From assembly GCA_023131895.1 (NCBI GenBank), contig JAGLYZ010000001.1:72957-136956 (forward strand): a stretch of 64,000 bases of DNA, read 5' to 3'. This DNA comes from Candidatus Parcubacteria bacterium (GTDB lineage Bacteria > Patescibacteriota > Minisyncoccia > Minisyncoccales > JAGMDC01). The notes beneath the pieces were generated by a model. It did not search any database. It had not been told where the DNA came from and saw only the letters and a program-made list of their open reading frames with translations. Shown one piece after another: positions 63,686 to 64,000 of this stretch (its first letter is position 1; the number at the start of each line of letters is the position of its first letter). Made by a program: the position numbers and the translations under genes.

Positions 63686-63900
63686 ATGTCACAAAGTAGC
63701 ACGATTGTGCTACTTTGTGATGGGTTTGATATAGTGATATACAAAATCTTACGAAACCGGATTTCGTAAGATTTTGTTTAGAATTTCTATTGACATATTT
63801 TTAGAAATTTGATAGAAACAAAATACCATAAAATGGTGGATCTTTTACATTTGAATATCCCACCGTATGATTATAAAAAGAAAAAGGAGGTTGATGGAAA

Positions 63901-64000
63901 ATGGGAAGAGTTTTTAGTTTGGAAGAAGTAAAAAAAAGAAAGATACCAGAGATTGAGAGTTTTAGGGTTGTGATTGAAGAGGCGAAAGAGAAACTATCTG
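63901..64000 (+). CDS. 5' part of an unidentified CDS running off the window
   Basis: AAGGAGG at 63885-63891. ATG 63901 is open to the window end (MGRVFSLEEVKKRKIPEIESF...). TTGACA-17-TAGAAA lies upstream at about 63790. Confidence 0.45.
   Translation, partial: MGRVFSLEEVKKRKIPEIESFRVVIEEAKEKLS

Overview
AT-rich, gene-dense bacterial window, roughly one third G+C by eye (not computed). It encodes secA, secD/secF, murB, murJ, lepA, prfB, ftsE/ftsX, ftsZ, rnpB and a lower-glycolysis set (pgk, gap, tpiA, eno, archaeal-type apgM). Many proteins are small and lysine-rich, and there is almost no biosynthesis. This best fits a reduced-genome Patescibacteria/CPR-type organism (inference only). The genetic code is standard bacterial: UGA is a stop, many genes end in TGA, and prfB carries the classical CUU UGA C +1 frameshift. 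Positions 1-22.8 kb and 43.3-64 kb are mostly ordinary housekeeping. Three zones stand out.

(1) 22.8-24.4 kb. tRNA-Gly and tRNA-Thr are followed by a DDE-transposase C-terminal remnant. Next comes a roughly 1.1 kb, visibly GC-richer unit running from a consensus promoter to a terminator. It is densely structured and carries four GGAGAGAG motifs and a complementary CUCUCUCC loop. It contains only one doubtful ORF with foreign-looking codon usage.

(2) 27.2-30.1 kb. An atypical tRNA-Gln-like gene precedes an operon encoding a CsoR/CstR-type regulator, thioredoxin, a soluble ABC-type ATPase, a G3E GTPase fused to an RnfB-like Fe-S domain, an FTR catalytic-subunit homolog and a 2x[4Fe-4S] ferredoxin.

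(3) 30.1-43.3 kb. This is an accessory mosaic. Its blocks are bounded by degraded copies of the tRNA 3' half plus a conserved trailer. It holds two interrupted DUF502 paralog cassettes flanking a TetR/GT2/UbiA/PAP2/DUF422/ABC cluster, followed by many small single-gene cassettes that share promoters and terminators.

A family of short GC-rich palindromic repeats is also scattered through the window, including in-frame inside secA, ftsZ and mnmA. No CRISPR array, rRNA, integrase or intact transposase was seen.
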